Below, in pieces: positions 1 through 13,240 of a DNA stretch of 64,000 bases. The notes under the pieces were generated by a model. That model saw only the letters and a program-made list of their open reading frames with translations, made no database searches and was not told the origin of the DNA. Positions within the stretch are counted from its first letter, which is position 1; the number at the start of each line of letters is the position of its first letter. The translations under genes were made by a program, and so were the position numbers. The stretch is from Octopus vulgaris (Eukaryota), in contig OX597816.1 of the NCBI GenBank assembly GCA_951406725.2, positions 153,202,001 to 153,266,000 of the forward strand, read 5' to 3'.

Positions 1-204
1 ACAAACGCTAGTACAGCTATGAAATGAAATTGGAAACGTAATCTATTATAGCCACAACATTTATTCATAAGGTAGCTAATAAACTTTGGTAAGAAATTGA
101 AAACACAATATATGCATTATTAATATTATTCATAAAGCAACTGACATGAATATTTTAAAGGTGACACACACGCGCGCACACACACACACATACACACTTA
201 TGCA

Positions 205-1287
205 TGCGTAGCATTCCAGGCATTTAAAGACATTTTCAGAAAAGACATTTCCAAGTTACAAAAATAAAACAAAAAATAATCTCCTTCAAAGTAGGATCCT
301 TTGTCTTCAATGCTCTTGTAGCGTTCAAGCCACTTTGTGAAGGCTTCATGGAAGTCCTACAAAGTGAATGTGTTTAAGCTTTGTCACAGCTTCCCTCATC
401 ATGAAAACGACTGCCCCTGAGGTTATGCTTCAGGTTGCGGAACAGCCAAAAGTCACAGGGAGCAAGTCTTGGACTATAGGGAGGTCGTGGGACAGTTTTG
501 CTGCCAAACTTTGCTAACTAGTTGGTCAACAGGATGGAATTATGGATTGGTTCATTGTCCTCGTATGCGAGTATTTGATTCGAGTGGAAGAGCTCTGACC
601 TTTTAAACTCCTCCAAAACTTCCTCAAAGTGCTCTTTGTTGACCGCCTGACCAGAAGGAATCCAGTAGATGTAGATGATGTACATGCTGTCGAAAAGGGA
701 GATCCTCATAAACTTCCCGGTGAACTTGCTTTGCCTAACCTTATTGAGTCTGGTGGAGCCAGGATGCTTCCCTTGAGCACTCTGTGTCTTGGGCTCTGGA
801 TCATAACAGTTGATCCAACTTTTGTCATGGATCGTAAAAGACTCAACTACTCTTGGATTGTAGGGTAATGAACTCAACTATCTCCTTGCTTTCTCCAATG
901 AGTTTTTCATTCTGTTCGTCTGACATCGTCTCTCACCTCTCTATCATCATTAAACCTTTTGTGCCAGCGAGAAACAGATACTCGGCTCATATAAGTTAAT
1001 CCATGGGCAATCCGGAACAATTCATGAATTTCTGTTGTGTTTTTGCCCAGTTTAACACAAAACTTTACTGCATAGCGAGCTTTCAAATTGACTTCACATC
1101 CCGACTATATTCTGAATGTGTTCAATGTTGTAACAGCCGTCTCCTTCAATCCAGAATAAAAAAGAAAAGAAATTGGAGGTCAATTTATTAAAAGTATTGC
1201 AATGATGTACTATGATATACAATGATCTAGGTCATTTATAAATGCTTCTCATAAAAAAGTCTGAAACCTCCTGGTATGCACTTCGTA
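205..1287 (-). mobile_element. Decayed mariner (Tc1/mariner) DNA transposon
   Basis: ORF 518-877 reads like mariner transposase (WINCYDPEPK, ISLFDS, WIPSGQAVNKE, EDNEPIHNS). Downstream of its stop the minus strand reads PPYSPRLAPCDFWLFRNLK, the YSPDLAPxDF motif. A TA-started terminus lies near 1287. Contains stops; boundaries approximate. Confidence 0.85.
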
Positions 1288-2017
1288 CAATTTTATCGAC
1301 ACAACCACTGGAATTGTGGGTCTAGGGCTTGTCTGCGCACTTTTCTCTGTATGGAGATAATAATATATTACAGGGTATTAAAGTTTATTAAAACGCCAGC
1401 AGCATAGTTGTTCTGTTGCAGAATATTGTTATAGATAGATTATATTTTCAACTTCGTTCTAGACAGATGATCATAATTTTCAAAGACGTTCTCTTCTAAA
1501 GCTGCTCGAATTAAAACCTTGACTGTAAAATACAATTTAAAACGAAATTGTTCTGGTTTTCAAACTATCGTGGAATTTTCAGATGCACCAAGCAGAGTAA
1601 CAAGTAAAATAAAATTAAAAAAAAAAGAAGCATTCTACTTATCTAATTTTTATCTCGCCGTACAGGTTTTTTTAAAAGAATATACTCTTGTGACGCAAAA
1701 TTATTTAAATCTTAAGCAATTTTCTTTTTTAAAATAGAAATACATTGTAGAAAAATATATTTCTATACATTTACAGAGTAATTCATTTGTTATGAATTCA
1801 ACAAACTTCAAAGAGACTGTTCATCCTTTGATGGCACTCGATCAACTGCAAATATGTCAGCAATTGTTTCCTGTATTTTAAAAAAAGTATTAATTATTCA
1901 CAAATATTTTTGTTTTTAGTATATTTTGTTTTAATTTTTTAAAATTTATTTATGCTTTATACTGCTGCATTTGTAAAATATGCTCTCCTTTATATATATT
2001 GCATAATGGTATATGTT

Positions 2018-2420
2018 AGGCACAGGCCAGCTTGTGTGCTTAAAGAGTTTGCTACGCAGTCACGTGGTTCTGGTTCGATCCCTTTGCTCAAGAGTTTATG
2101 AGTAAAATTTCGTATATAGAAAAGAAATTATACAGAAGCTCTCGCATGTGTGAGTGCATACGTGTATATGTGTTTATGTGTGTATGTAAGTGTATAGATG
2201 TGCATGAACGTGTGTGCGCACTCATGATTATATATGTATTTATGTTCGTGTGTATTAATATGTGCGTGCGTCTCAGTTGTTCACACTGGTCCTATAAAGC
2301 GTGTTGTTGCTATGTTGTGTCTATGTCTTGCAACGTTGTTGTTAAGCAAGAGTAAATAGATACGAAGTATTACAAAACTTTCACTTAAGTAATGGAGTGA
2401 ATAGTGTGTCCTTAGTTGAA
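2018..2420 (+). mobile_element. Degenerate tRNA-derived SINE (same family as 28061-28340)
   Basis: Head with B-box-like GGTTCGATCCC at ~2072, then a (TG/TA)-rich middle. Collinear with better-preserved copies in the window. Confidence 0.5.
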
Positions 2421-2899
2421 ACATTGAATACAAATCTTGCAATGGGTTTAGCTCAGAGAAGGCTGACTAGATACTGCCAAAGTAACTCTCCCTCGTTATA
2501 TCTTTCTGTGGGTTTTCAATTTTAGGAGGTTATAAGACTGACCAACATTTCCTTTACAATACTCTAATATACCTGTTTCTCAATATTTGCTGTTTGCCAA
2601 AGCATGTGTGTGTGTGTGTGTGTGTGTGGTTCTTTACAGTTTATTCTGAGAAGACGGAACAGCACCCATGACTCAGTATTTTTCCAGGGTTTTTGAGACT
2701 AATACGGAGGAAGGAAGGTAATTGTCCTCAAACCATAGACACGATTCAAATGTTCTGATAAACCACCCAAGAACCGGAGCAAATACCGCAACTTACCTTG
2801 TCGAATGATCCAACCGTTCTACCAATACAGTACCCTAAACTGCTACTTTACTTCGTCGTCTCTGAGAGGCTGAAATATAACGAGGGAGAGTAACTTCAC

Positions 2900-3122
2900 T
2901 GAGCTAAACCCACTGCAGGATTTGAATTCAATGTGTGTTTCAACTAAGTCGACACTAATCACTCCATTACTTAAGTGAAAGCTTTGTAATACTTCGTATC
3001 TGTTTATTTCGTCGCGATTTGTACTCTGTGTATAGAGAACCGGAACAGTGTATAAAGAACCGGAACAAATACTACAAGGCATTTTGGTCTAGGCTCTAAC
3101 GATTCAGCCAATTTGCCGCCTG
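2900..3122 (-). mobile_element. Degenerate SINE (second family, head ...GAATCGTTAG...AATGCCTTG...)
   Basis: Minus strand reads GGCGGCAAATTGGCTGAATCGTTAGAGCC...AAATGCCTTGTAGTATTT. Similar heads at 6455-6640 (+) and 35523-35620 (+). Confidence 0.5.
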
Positions 3123-4162
3123 TATGATGTGTGTTGATATGTGTGCTTGCGTCTATGTGTACATGTGTTTGTATGTGTATATATATGTGTGTATGCTTGA
3201 GGTAGGGATGCTGAAAAGCCACGCTCAGCCCTTGTCGATCATGTCTTCTGTTGTCAGGTATGCATATATGTAATGTCTTTCGCCTAGTAAGATGATAGGG
3301 TATGATTTGCAAATATATTATGTTCTTGTGTGATCATATTTGTATGTTTGTCACTCATTCCCATTGCTTCTCCTCATCCTTATACTTATCATATATCTTA
3401 CATAATCAACAAAACCATTATGCGTTTGGATTAATAACCACCACTACCGCAACTGTCCTAAGTACCACGATCTTCATGCAACTTTGCTACTACCAAATAC
3501 CATTCTGACTATCAGCATGAACAGTAAGGCTAACACCACCATCACCCTAACAGCAGAAGTCGCCACCACAAATACAGGCACTTATAACACTAATACTGCT
3601 ACTATAACTACCAATCAATCGAATAGCCATTGTTTTCCTATTGCCTGTATCTATTCATAACTTTCGGTCTCTAGTTTCCGATCTCTAATGTATTTCGTCT
3701 ATCCAGTTCACCCTTCCCTCTTCGTTGCCAACTTCTGTTTCGTTTGCAGTCACCGAGAATCTATCTTTTCAGCTTTTCCTTTCACATATTGTCACTTTTC
3801 TGCCAGACATCCAGCCTGATTCCGTTTCAACGATTTGATGACTTTGACTGTCATTTAGTTTTGTTGGTTTTTGGATCTATTTTGTCTTTCCACGTTGTTC
3901 CTAAAATAATGCGCTCGTGAACACGTTCAGCTTATTTTTTTTTAGTTTTTTTTTTGTATGGTGCCATGTTTCTGAATCAAAAGAAATTATTGGGATGGTC
4001 TATTAGTTCTAAACTCGTCTATTACACTAATTACTATAATTACAGCCGATATGATGTTATACAACATTTAGTTACATCTCTATATTTAAGAGATGAGGAA
4101 TTATGTATAGTATTTACATTATTTACATTCGACAGATATTTGTCCTCATCTTGTTTGTTGTT

Positions 4163-4208
4163 AACACAACGTTTTGGCTGATATACTTTCCAGCTTTCTT
4201 CAGGTGTC
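4163..4208 (-). ncRNA. Minimal type-I hammerhead ribozyme motif (mutated copy)
   Basis: GACAC-CTGAAGA-AAGCTG..CAGCC-AAAACGTT-GTGTT. Stem I GACAC/GTGTT, palindromic ACGT stem III; GAAA is mutated to AAAA. Confidence 0.6.
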
Positions 4209-4276
4209 TTGGGGAAATTCCGAGTTCGATTCCAAGCAGTGACCTGAACACTAACAATAATAATAATAATAATAAT

Positions 4277-4328
<52 letters not shown>

Positions 4329-4375
4329 TCGAAATATACCTTAGGAATGAAAACCCATGTTCGAAATTTCCTCAA

Positions 4376-4421
4376 GGTACCTGAAGAAGGCTGGAGGGTG
4401 TTACAGCCGAAACATTGTGCT
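4376..4421 (+). ncRNA. Minimal type-I hammerhead ribozyme motif
   Basis: GGTAC-CTGAAGA-A-GGCTG(10 nt)CAGCC-GAAACATT-GTGCT. CUGANGA and GAAA cores are intact and stems I and II pair; the stem III palindrome ACGT has become ACAT. Confidence 0.65.
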
Positions 4422-4779
4422 AACAACAAACAAGATGAGGGCAAATATCGTCGAATGCAAATAATATAAATAATGTAAATAATTTAGTAACATATTCCTG
4501 AGTTGAAACACCAATGACTGGGATAGATTTCCAGAATGGAGAAGGACTGAGTGTGCTTAGTGCACCATCTATGGTGGCAGGGTAGGCATGATATGATTGA
4601 AAAGAGGAAGAGAAACGCGTAAGCTGTGTGGGTCTGCTTTGAGGTAGCACGTGACTAGTCAACTAGTTAGGAGTACCAGAAACCCTTCAAAGATTAGAGT
4701 GTGTTGGTCATATTTATTCACTTTAAATTGTATAAGCATTCCTTGTAACCCAGGGAAACCAATAACATAAGAATCAATC

Positions 4780-6180
4780 AACAAAACTCTAATAGTAGCA
4801 TTTCTACAGTCATCTGGCAAATTATTAAAATTATCAACATCACAACCATTACAATTCCAGTGATCAGGGCAGCCAACATTACAACCGCCACCAGAACAAC
4901 TAACAACTCACTGGTGCCACTACTAGAACTCAAACCCATCATAACCACCACCACCACCCCATCCACCACTACTAACATCATCAGCACAACCTTCAAAACA
5001 GCAGCGATAGCAAAAAAGGCACCTTAACTACTACTATAAACAACAGAACTATTAAAATCAAACCCATTGCCTTTAGTATCTTCACTATCAATAAAACTAC
5101 CATTACAGTCCTCGTATTCCTTACCATGACTATGCCCTTCCACCCTTCACTACTAAAAGTGAGAATTTAATACCACTAATGTTACATTATCTCACCAACA
5201 ACTTCAATGCGACTACTCGAACAATCTCAACCAGTAAAACCCATAGACTGCTACCCTTACGGAAAACTTCCATCACCCTCCCTACAAAAACTAACACTAC
5301 CTCTACCACTACTAGCTTCGTCTCTACAATCGCTATGAAAGTTATCATTACCACCACTACTGTCACCCTCTCTCATCACTATTCGTAAAACTACAGTCAC
5401 TACCATTACCTCCGCTTCTGTTACTACCATGGCTATTTATACCAACACGAACGTCAGGAAACCCCTACCGTAACCATTCCCACGACCACTATACTCATTA
5501 TTATATTCTTTATTCTCGATATCACCCCGCCCAATCACTACTAATAAACCGCTAACGTCAACACCATCACCATACTTTCTACATCACCGTCACCATCTTC
5601 ATTTCTATCGGCAAGGCACCATCATTACCACCGCTATCTCTACTACCACCGTTATCTGTAACAACTTAAACCAACACGACAGTTATCACAACCAGCGTCA
5701 CTATCACAAATAACACAACATCTGCTACTATAATTGTTGATACAACCACCACTACCACCCTCATCATCATCGATACACCCTTATCATCACCACTTACTAC
5801 TACCATCTCTACTATAATCACCATCATAACTGTTTAAAGCGAAAAAAAAAACAGCAACTGCCGCGATCCACCGCACCTTTCCCATCACCACCAGCATCTC
5901 CACCACCTTATCGCTACCACTACCACCACCACCAACACCACCATCACCACCATTACCACCACCACTAGCAACAACAACTCTCTATGGTCATCGCTGCATC
6001 ATCACAACCACCACCGCTGCTACCACCACGATGTCCACCAGCACCAAAATCTTATAATCATCCCCACCAGCAACAAAATCTACATCCAATCGTCATCCCC
6101 CCCATCACCTTCACCACTACCACCATCACCTCCAACCATCACATTTGCAATTACCCTCATCCTGCAACACCATAACAATC
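4780..6180. repeat. Degenerate (ACC/ACT/ATC)n trinucleotide low-complexity tract
   Basis: Continuous imperfect ACC/CAT/ACT triplets. Similar tracts at 3430-3610, 6685-7210, 27680-27880 and 48200-48500. Confidence 0.85.
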
Positions 6181-6454
6181 ACGATGCAACGAGCAGAAGC
6201 CTCTAATAGTTGCTTGTACTGCTAGAAATAGCGGCCAAATATCCCTGAAACCCCACCCTACTGTTTTAAATAATGGTAGGACACGTTAGATAATATAGCC
6301 CGACATCTCTCTAAACTGATGAGACAAACACGGAGGCAACGCCGTTTATCATAGGTCTGCTTGATCAGGGCAAATTTGAGGCTAAACATTACCAACAATA
6401 AAAAATACAATAAACAAGGTAATAATAAAAAGCAACAAACAATTCACCCCGCTC

Positions 6455-6640
6455 TCGGAGGTCAAAATCGTTAGAGATTCAGGCGTAATGCCTTGCGATA
6501 TTTTATTACGGCTCTGTCCGTTCTGAGTTCAATTCCGGCTGAGATCAACTTTACCTTCCATCTTTCCAGAATCAAAAGAATGAAGGACCTGTGTAGTACT
6601 GGTTCCCTCCCGCAAATTTGAGGCCGTCTGCCTATGCAAT
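6455..6640 (+). mobile_element. Degenerate SINE (second family)
   Basis: AATCGTTAGAG...AATGCCTTGCGATATTT...CGTTCTGAGTTCAATTCCGGCTGAGATCAACTTTACCTTCCATC; GAGTTCAATTCC is B-box-like. Confidence 0.6.
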
Positions 6641-6684
6641 AAATGGTTATATTACTACAGATTTTGCTTTATATCACCACATTG

Positions 6685-7210
6685 TGCCTCCATCACCACC
6701 AACATCACCACCACTACCACCAACACCACTACCACCACCACCAACACCGCCAACACCATGACCACCAACACCACCGCCACCAACAACACCGCCACCAATA
6801 CCGCCACCAACATCACCAATGCCACCATCTGTACCACCGCTATCAACAACAATACCAACAAAGCATGATTATCACGAACAATACCACTAAAATCAGCCAC
6901 AATAACAACATCGACACGAACAGCCCTACTACCAATAAAACCACTACCAACACTACTATCATCAATATCAATGCTACAATCAACCACAGCACCACTCTCA
7001 CCAACACCTCTACCACCACTGCAAACATCGTTAAACTACCATCAACAACACCACCATATAATACTAGATGCAGCACCGCATGCTACCACTACCGCAACCA
7101 CTACCACTATTACCATCACCGCTACCAACAGCCTAACCATCTTCAACATATATCATCACTACCACCATTATCACTACCAGTACACCAGTACCACCATCAC
7201 AGCCACCACT
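6685..7210. repeat. (CAC/CAA)n low-complexity tract
   Basis: Imperfect CACCAC/CAACAC repeats that generate the spurious His/Thr-rich ORFs. Confidence 0.85.
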
Positions 7211-7685
7211 GGTATGCTGTTCATATATCCAAGAGAACAGCGGTCGAATCAATAAAGAACAGTTATCGATCAGTGTGTAAGTATTAAACACAAAGCCATA
7301 AATCGCATGTCTTGTGGAAGCAAATGAATTATCTTATTAAATTGACTTGCAATATAGGTCCTTGCCTCCTCCGCCTTGCTTCCCCTTGTCTTCTCAAATT
7401 CTATTTGCTGGATGTGCGTTTGTGTATGCTGTATGAACATGCCAGTGCGCATGCGTGCTTTCATATATGCATGTATGTACGTAAAAACGTACCTAAGTAC
7501 GTATATAAAAATGATTGGGTTTGTATAGATGTATGAATGTGTGTTATGTAAATACGTGTGAATATCTATGTATGTATGTATGCACATGTGTATATATGCA
7601 TTTGTTTATGTATGTATGTATATCTATATATATATGTATGTGTGTGTGTGCGTGTATAATATAATATATATATATATATATTTAC

Positions 7686-7742
<57 letters not shown>

Positions 7743-9067
7743 GTATGTCTATAGATATACATACATATGTATATATATGTGAGCATGTATATGTATTCGT
7801 AGCGTACACATTCATGTTGTATACCATACAGTTAAAACATTAAATCTACCAGAAACAATACAACTAGAACCAATTTTTAACAAAGTTAACTGCATCTCCC
7901 TAAAACCATTAGGCTACATCAAGCATTCAGTTTGTGGTTTTCTAAGATCCCAGTGGAGAAGAAACCAAGAACATCCAATGTAGATGGAGATATCAGGTCC
8001 TAAAATGGTTCTATTGTCAATCATGAGCAGAACTCAATGCACTGATAGCGAGCAAGGATACACGGAGAAAAGATGTTCACGACATTTGTCACACTACTAC
8101 TTCAGAAATAACCATTAAGAAGAAAAATGCCATAGTTTGGAAGGTAGTGCAAGTCTATACCAATTTTGATAAGATACAATTTTAGTTTGCGAAAAGTAAA
8201 CATTAGGATCATACCACAGATTTTTAATCTCTACACTAAGCAGAAAAGGTTTTGGTTGATCTTACTCGTTTCTAGTCATTTTAGAGCTTCATCACACAAA
8301 GAATACGCATTTTGTATCTATGGACAAATTTGTAGCTTACAGCTATTTGTATTATATACAAACTAATACGCAGTTAAATAGTTCTCTACAGTTTGCATAA
8401 CAATGCATACGCTGATAATGGCATTAGTTAATTAATAACGAACTGTAGTGTATGTATCAAAAGGGTATACTTCACTTTACATTTTAAGATATTTCAAAAT
8501 GCTACATAGTGCATTATTAATTAATCGCATTATGCAAATTAGACAAACCACTTTAACAGTGTTCTATTTTGTATGCACAATATATACAGCTAGAAGCTAT
8601 TGTCTGTGGAAAGAAGGTAGGTATTCTTTCCCAGGTGAGGTTAAAGAAGATTACAAACTAATAATGTCCCATCTTTTTCTGTCCTTCGAGATATGTATAT
8701 ACGTATATAAATGTATGCATTTGTGTATGTATGTATAATCGTAGTGTAACAGAAAGGATTAAGATAGAATTGAAAATAACTTAAATTAACACCCCTCGCT
8801 AATCATGGAGAACAGTATGAGAACAGTTTCAGCTCATTGAGACCCCACAAACTTTATTTTCCATGGAACTATTCCTCTCGTGAAACCTGGGGTAATTCGT
8901 AATTGAGGTGATTGACGTTACAACGAAAAGGACTCAAAATGTAGAGGACAACAACGTACACGAGACAGAAAACTAGAACAGATACATGTTATACGATTCT
9001 ACAAGTGTGTATATAACACACAAACTCATATAGACACTCATATACATATATACATATATACATACGT

Positions 9068-9109
<42 letters not shown>

Positions 9110-9355
9110 CATGAACTCTCCTGTCGTTAGGCGATGGTATAAGAGTTCGACAGTTACTTGCCGAACAACCGCACAGATGATTTCTATATAGTAATCAAAT
9201 GTTTGTGTTCACATAAGGTCACTCCCTCCATCAAATCGACATTACCTATACAGGTGCACCATGTGCAGTATGTCAGATGACGAAATGATCGCAGAGCAAT
9301 GTGAAATGAAGTGCTTTACTCAAGAACACAACGCAATGCCCGGTGTGGGAATCAA
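9110..9355 (-). mobile_element. Degenerate SINE fragment
   Basis: Minus strand reads GATTCCCACACCGGGCATTGCGTTGTGTTCTTGAGTAAAGCACTTCATTTCACATTGCTC, similar to the head and core of SINEs at 44473 and 62870-63097. Confidence 0.5.
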
Positions 9356-9659
9356 TATGTACATGTCACCGGAGGAAACACAACTAGATCATATAATGCA
9401 GGGAAACGATTTCGTAATCAAGTACCTGCATGCCTGGAGAACTACGTTGCGTAGAAACAATCGTAGTGATTGAAAATAAATGCCCAACCATACTCCTTCT
9501 TGCTGACTCCATATTTTTTCAATTATCTATTCATACGACAGATGCCCAAATGAAAACCTGGAAGTACGTATCATACTACTACTGGACATCACAGGGTAAA
9601 ATCTGAAGGTGGACGTGTTTATATTGAACTCTACTACGTTCTTAACAGAATATAACATA

Positions 9660-9720
<61 letters not shown>

Positions 9721-10040
9721 ACGCACATACACATATGTACGTATGTATATATGAACAGAAAAAAAATAAGAGGGGTGCGAAGCATTATGTTAAATAAAGA
9801 ACACAATTTAAACAGAAACGCAACTAGGGAACAAATGGAAAATCCACACACAAGACGGAACGTTGCTTATTTCTTATCAGTTATCGTCTAAACGATCCTT
9901 ACAATTTTATGCCTTTAACAATAATATTTTTCGCACGTAATGACGTCAACAGCTTCAAGCTGCTGGGAATAGCGAGCGAACGCAGGGGACAGTGACGAAA
10001 TAAAAAAAAAACGACGCAACTATGAATATACAAACACACA

Positions 10041-10115
<75 letters not shown>

Positions 10116-10149
10116 CATCCTCCTCCTCGTCCTCCTCATCATCTTTCAA

Positions 10150-11100
10150 TTTCGTTTCCATTACTTAGATACTCAGCAGCTTTTGTAGGTTGGACAAAAA
10201 CCGAATTAGCAAAGCTAGGGAGAAGAACTAAGAAGGAATTCAATATGAATGGAGGACGCCACCCAAGGGCAAGAGAAGCAAGATTATGCCTACCTAGAAT
10301 TGAAGGCAGAAGAGGGTTAATACCAGTAGAAGACTGCGTGGAGCTAGCTAGAGTAAATATAGACTCCTATGTAGTTAATAGTGAAAAAAGTTTATTAAAA
10401 GCTGGTAGAGTCACAAGACATAGGGAAACCAAAAACTCAAACGAACTTAAAAATCAGAAAAAAAGAACAGAAATTATCTGACTGGCATGAGAAGACGTTG
10501 CATTTTAGATTCTCAGAGATAGTTGTAGAAAATAGTAGTAGTGAGACATGGTTATGGTTGCAGAAAGGAAAGCTGAAGAGGGAGACAGAAAGTGTGTTAG
10601 TAGCTGTACAGGTTCAAGCATTAAGGACTAATTGTATATACGCCAAGATAAACAAAAACCAAGTAGATTCCCAATAAAGATTATGCAAGTCAAAAGTGGA
10701 AAGTGCTACTCATATAGTAGCAATGAAAGAATACAAGAAAGGACATGACAACCTAGGGAGAGCAAACTACTGAGAGCTATGTAGAAAATTAAGATTTGAC
10801 CATACTGATAAATAGTATGAACATGATCATAGTAAAATACTAGAAAGCATTTGTGCGACTTTAACATTCAGACTGACAGAGTAACAGAAGCTAGAATGCC
10901 TGATTTGGCAGTAGTAGATAAAAAGAATAGAAAGTGCCAGATAATTGACTTTACAGTCCCAAATGATGAAAAAATTAATATGAGAGGTATAGAAAAAATA
11001 GCAAAATACCAAGACCTAGCTATTGAATTACAGAGACAATGAAAAAAGCGGGTAAAATTGTCTCAGTAGTTATATAATAACTAGCTATAATAATAATAAA
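10150..11100 (+). mobile_element. 5'-truncated, decayed Dong/R4-type RLE non-LTR retrotransposon
   Basis: Fragments HPRAREARLCLPRIEGRRGLI and DFNIQTDRVTEARMPDLAVVD...IIDFTVP...EKIAKYQDL (RLE PD..D motif). Many stops; ends in AAT repeats. Confidence 0.85.
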
Positions 11101-11559
11101 ACTTTGAGACTTTAATACCTACAACTTTCTGCGAATACCTGTCCTTTCCTGAGTATTCGAAAATGTAAACATCCTTTTAGTACAAGAACACTTCAGCTGC
11201 AATATTTTAAGCTTTTTTCTTTTATCTTAGATTTACTTCTTGTCCTGTAATTTCCAGGTTTATTAAATATTTAAGTATATTATTATCCCTTGCTCGCATT
11301 TTTTATTCTAGTCCACTTTTTTCTTTCTTACAGGGGATGCAGACAAATTAATAATTTATATTCTAATAATAAATTTAGCCTACTTTTTCATATTTTATTT
11401 CTTATTGATCAATAACTGATGCCTATTCATTTTTGTTAGAAATTCTAAATTGAATAGCAATTTCTTTACATTGAGTATTAAGAAGTATACCTATTTAGAA
11501 TAAATTTTTAATTAATATTTATCAAAAATAAAAGTTATTAAAAAGAGATATTAAGGTAC

Positions 11560-12015
11560 AAGCATACGAAGCCCAATATACCTATCATGACTACCTGTCT
11601 GATAAGGACACACCAGGCACGTGCATCACAACCATATATGCGCGACATGATGACCTCATATCAAGATAAACAGTGCATGATTTTGCAGGTGGGGCCCAGT
11701 TAGAATATTGTTCAAGTCGAGTAGCTCATCCCATCAAAAAGGTTCCTGAATAAAGTTTGTTTAAAGATGGTGAATGAAGCACTCATGTTTCCAGAGGTGA
11801 ATTATTCAAACTCCAAAGAGTTTCTCTCAACCCATCGTTATAATGCTTCCCACTGCTTCTGCTCATGGTCAGAGATACACATATCGACTGTCACTAAGCG
11901 ACATGCTCAACTGGTATTGAGCAGAATATTTGCTGTTGCTCATTTTTTATACCAAGACAAAACAATGTACATGATAATACTTCCAATCAGTTAAGATGAG
12001 AAGCCATAAAAGACA
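11560..12015 (-). mobile_element. ~570-bp non-coding interspersed element, copy 3 (most diverged)
   Basis: Collinear with 12601-13170 (ATACGAAGCCCA...CTTCCAATCAGTTAAGAT), with internal deletions. Confidence 0.85.
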
Positions 12016-12039
12016 CTCATCCTTATTCTTATTATTATT

Positions 12040-12530
12040 GAGTGAGAGAGCAGTGCATGCATCAAAGTGACACTGGGGTAAAATATATGAAGCCCAGTAT
12101 AACCATCATGACTGCTCATCTGATTAGGGTACACTAGGCACATGCATCGCAACCATATGTGCGCGAAAGCGTGACCCCATATTAAGATAAACAGCGCATG
12201 ACCTTCCTGGTGAGGCCCAGTTAGAATTTTCTTCAGATCGAGTAGCCCATCCCGCTCAAAAGATCCCTGAATAAGGGTTGTTTAAGGATGTTGAACGAAA
12301 CACCCATGTTTCTAGAGGTGAACTATCCAAACCCCAAAGAATTCCTCTCAACACATGACTGCTCGTGATCAAAGATGCTCATATCGTCAGCCACTACGAG
12401 ACACGGTAAAGGTCAAAACAACTGACAAGTAAATCTGTGGTATTGAGCAGAATATTTGCTGTAGCCCATTTTTTAAACCAAGACAAAACGATGTACATAA
12501 CACTTCCAATCAGTTAAGATGAGAAGCGCG
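12040..12530 (-). mobile_element. ~570-bp non-coding interspersed element, copy 2
   Basis: Starts GAGTGAGAGAGCAGTGCATG on the plus strand after an ATT tract; collinear with copy 1. Confidence 0.9.
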
Positions 12531-12533
12531 GTG

Positions 12534-12600
<67 letters not shown>

Positions 12601-13167
12601 GAGTGAGAGAGCAGTGCATGCCATCAAAGTGACACTGGGGTAAAATATACGAAGCCCAATATACCCATCATGACTACCCGTCTGATAAAGGTACACCAGG
12701 CACATGCATCACAACCATATGTGCGCGACATGGTGATCTCATATCAAGATAAACAGCACATGACCTTGCAGGTGGGGCCCAGTTAGAATTTTCTTCAGGT
12801 TGAGTAGCCCATCCCACTCAAAAGGTCCCTGAATAAGGGTTGTTTAAGGATGTTGAAAGAACCACCCATGTTTCCAGAGGTGAATTATTCAAACCCCAAA
12901 GAATCCCTCTCAACACATGGCTATGATGCTCCCCCACTACTTCTGCTCGTGATCAGAGATGCACATATCGTCAGCCACTAAGGGACATACTCAACTGGTT
13001 AAGGTTAAACAACTGACAAGCAAATCTGTGGTATTGAGCAGAATATTTGCTGTAGCCCATCTTTTATATCAAGACAAAACAATGTACATGATAACACTTC
13101 CAATCAGTTAAGATCAGAAGCCATGAGAGCCACTGCCTGGTACTGCATCAGGGCATTTAGCCAGGGC

Positions 13168-13170
<3 letters not shown>
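12601..13170 (-). mobile_element. ~570-bp non-coding (AAT)n-tailed SINE-like element, copy 1 (most complete)
   Basis: Flanked by (ATT)n at 12535-12600 and 13170-13237; no coding capacity. Strand inferred from the (AAT)n tail. Confidence 0.85.

Positions 13171-13237
<67 letters not shown>

Positions 13238-13240
<3 letters not shown>

Larger units (their letters stand above)
4097..4500. repeat. Foldback element: two inverted ~130-bp arms around an (AAT)n spacer, Penelope pLTR-like
   Basis: 4097-4223 is the reverse complement of ~4361-4490 (TGTCCTCATCTTGTTTGTTGTTAACACAAC vs ATTGTGCTAACAACAAACAAGATGAGGGCA). (AAT)n lies at 4253-4326. Confidence 0.85.

Noticed and set aside
6643-7287. 214-aa His/Gln/Thr-rich ORF
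   Set aside because: Product of a degenerate (CAC)n tract; several frames on both strands are open; no domain.
12601-13170. HDV-like or hammerhead ribozyme in the 570-bp element
   Set aside because: CTGAAGA and CTGATG occur, but no matching stem II/GAAA or HDV pseudoknot could be assembled by eye.
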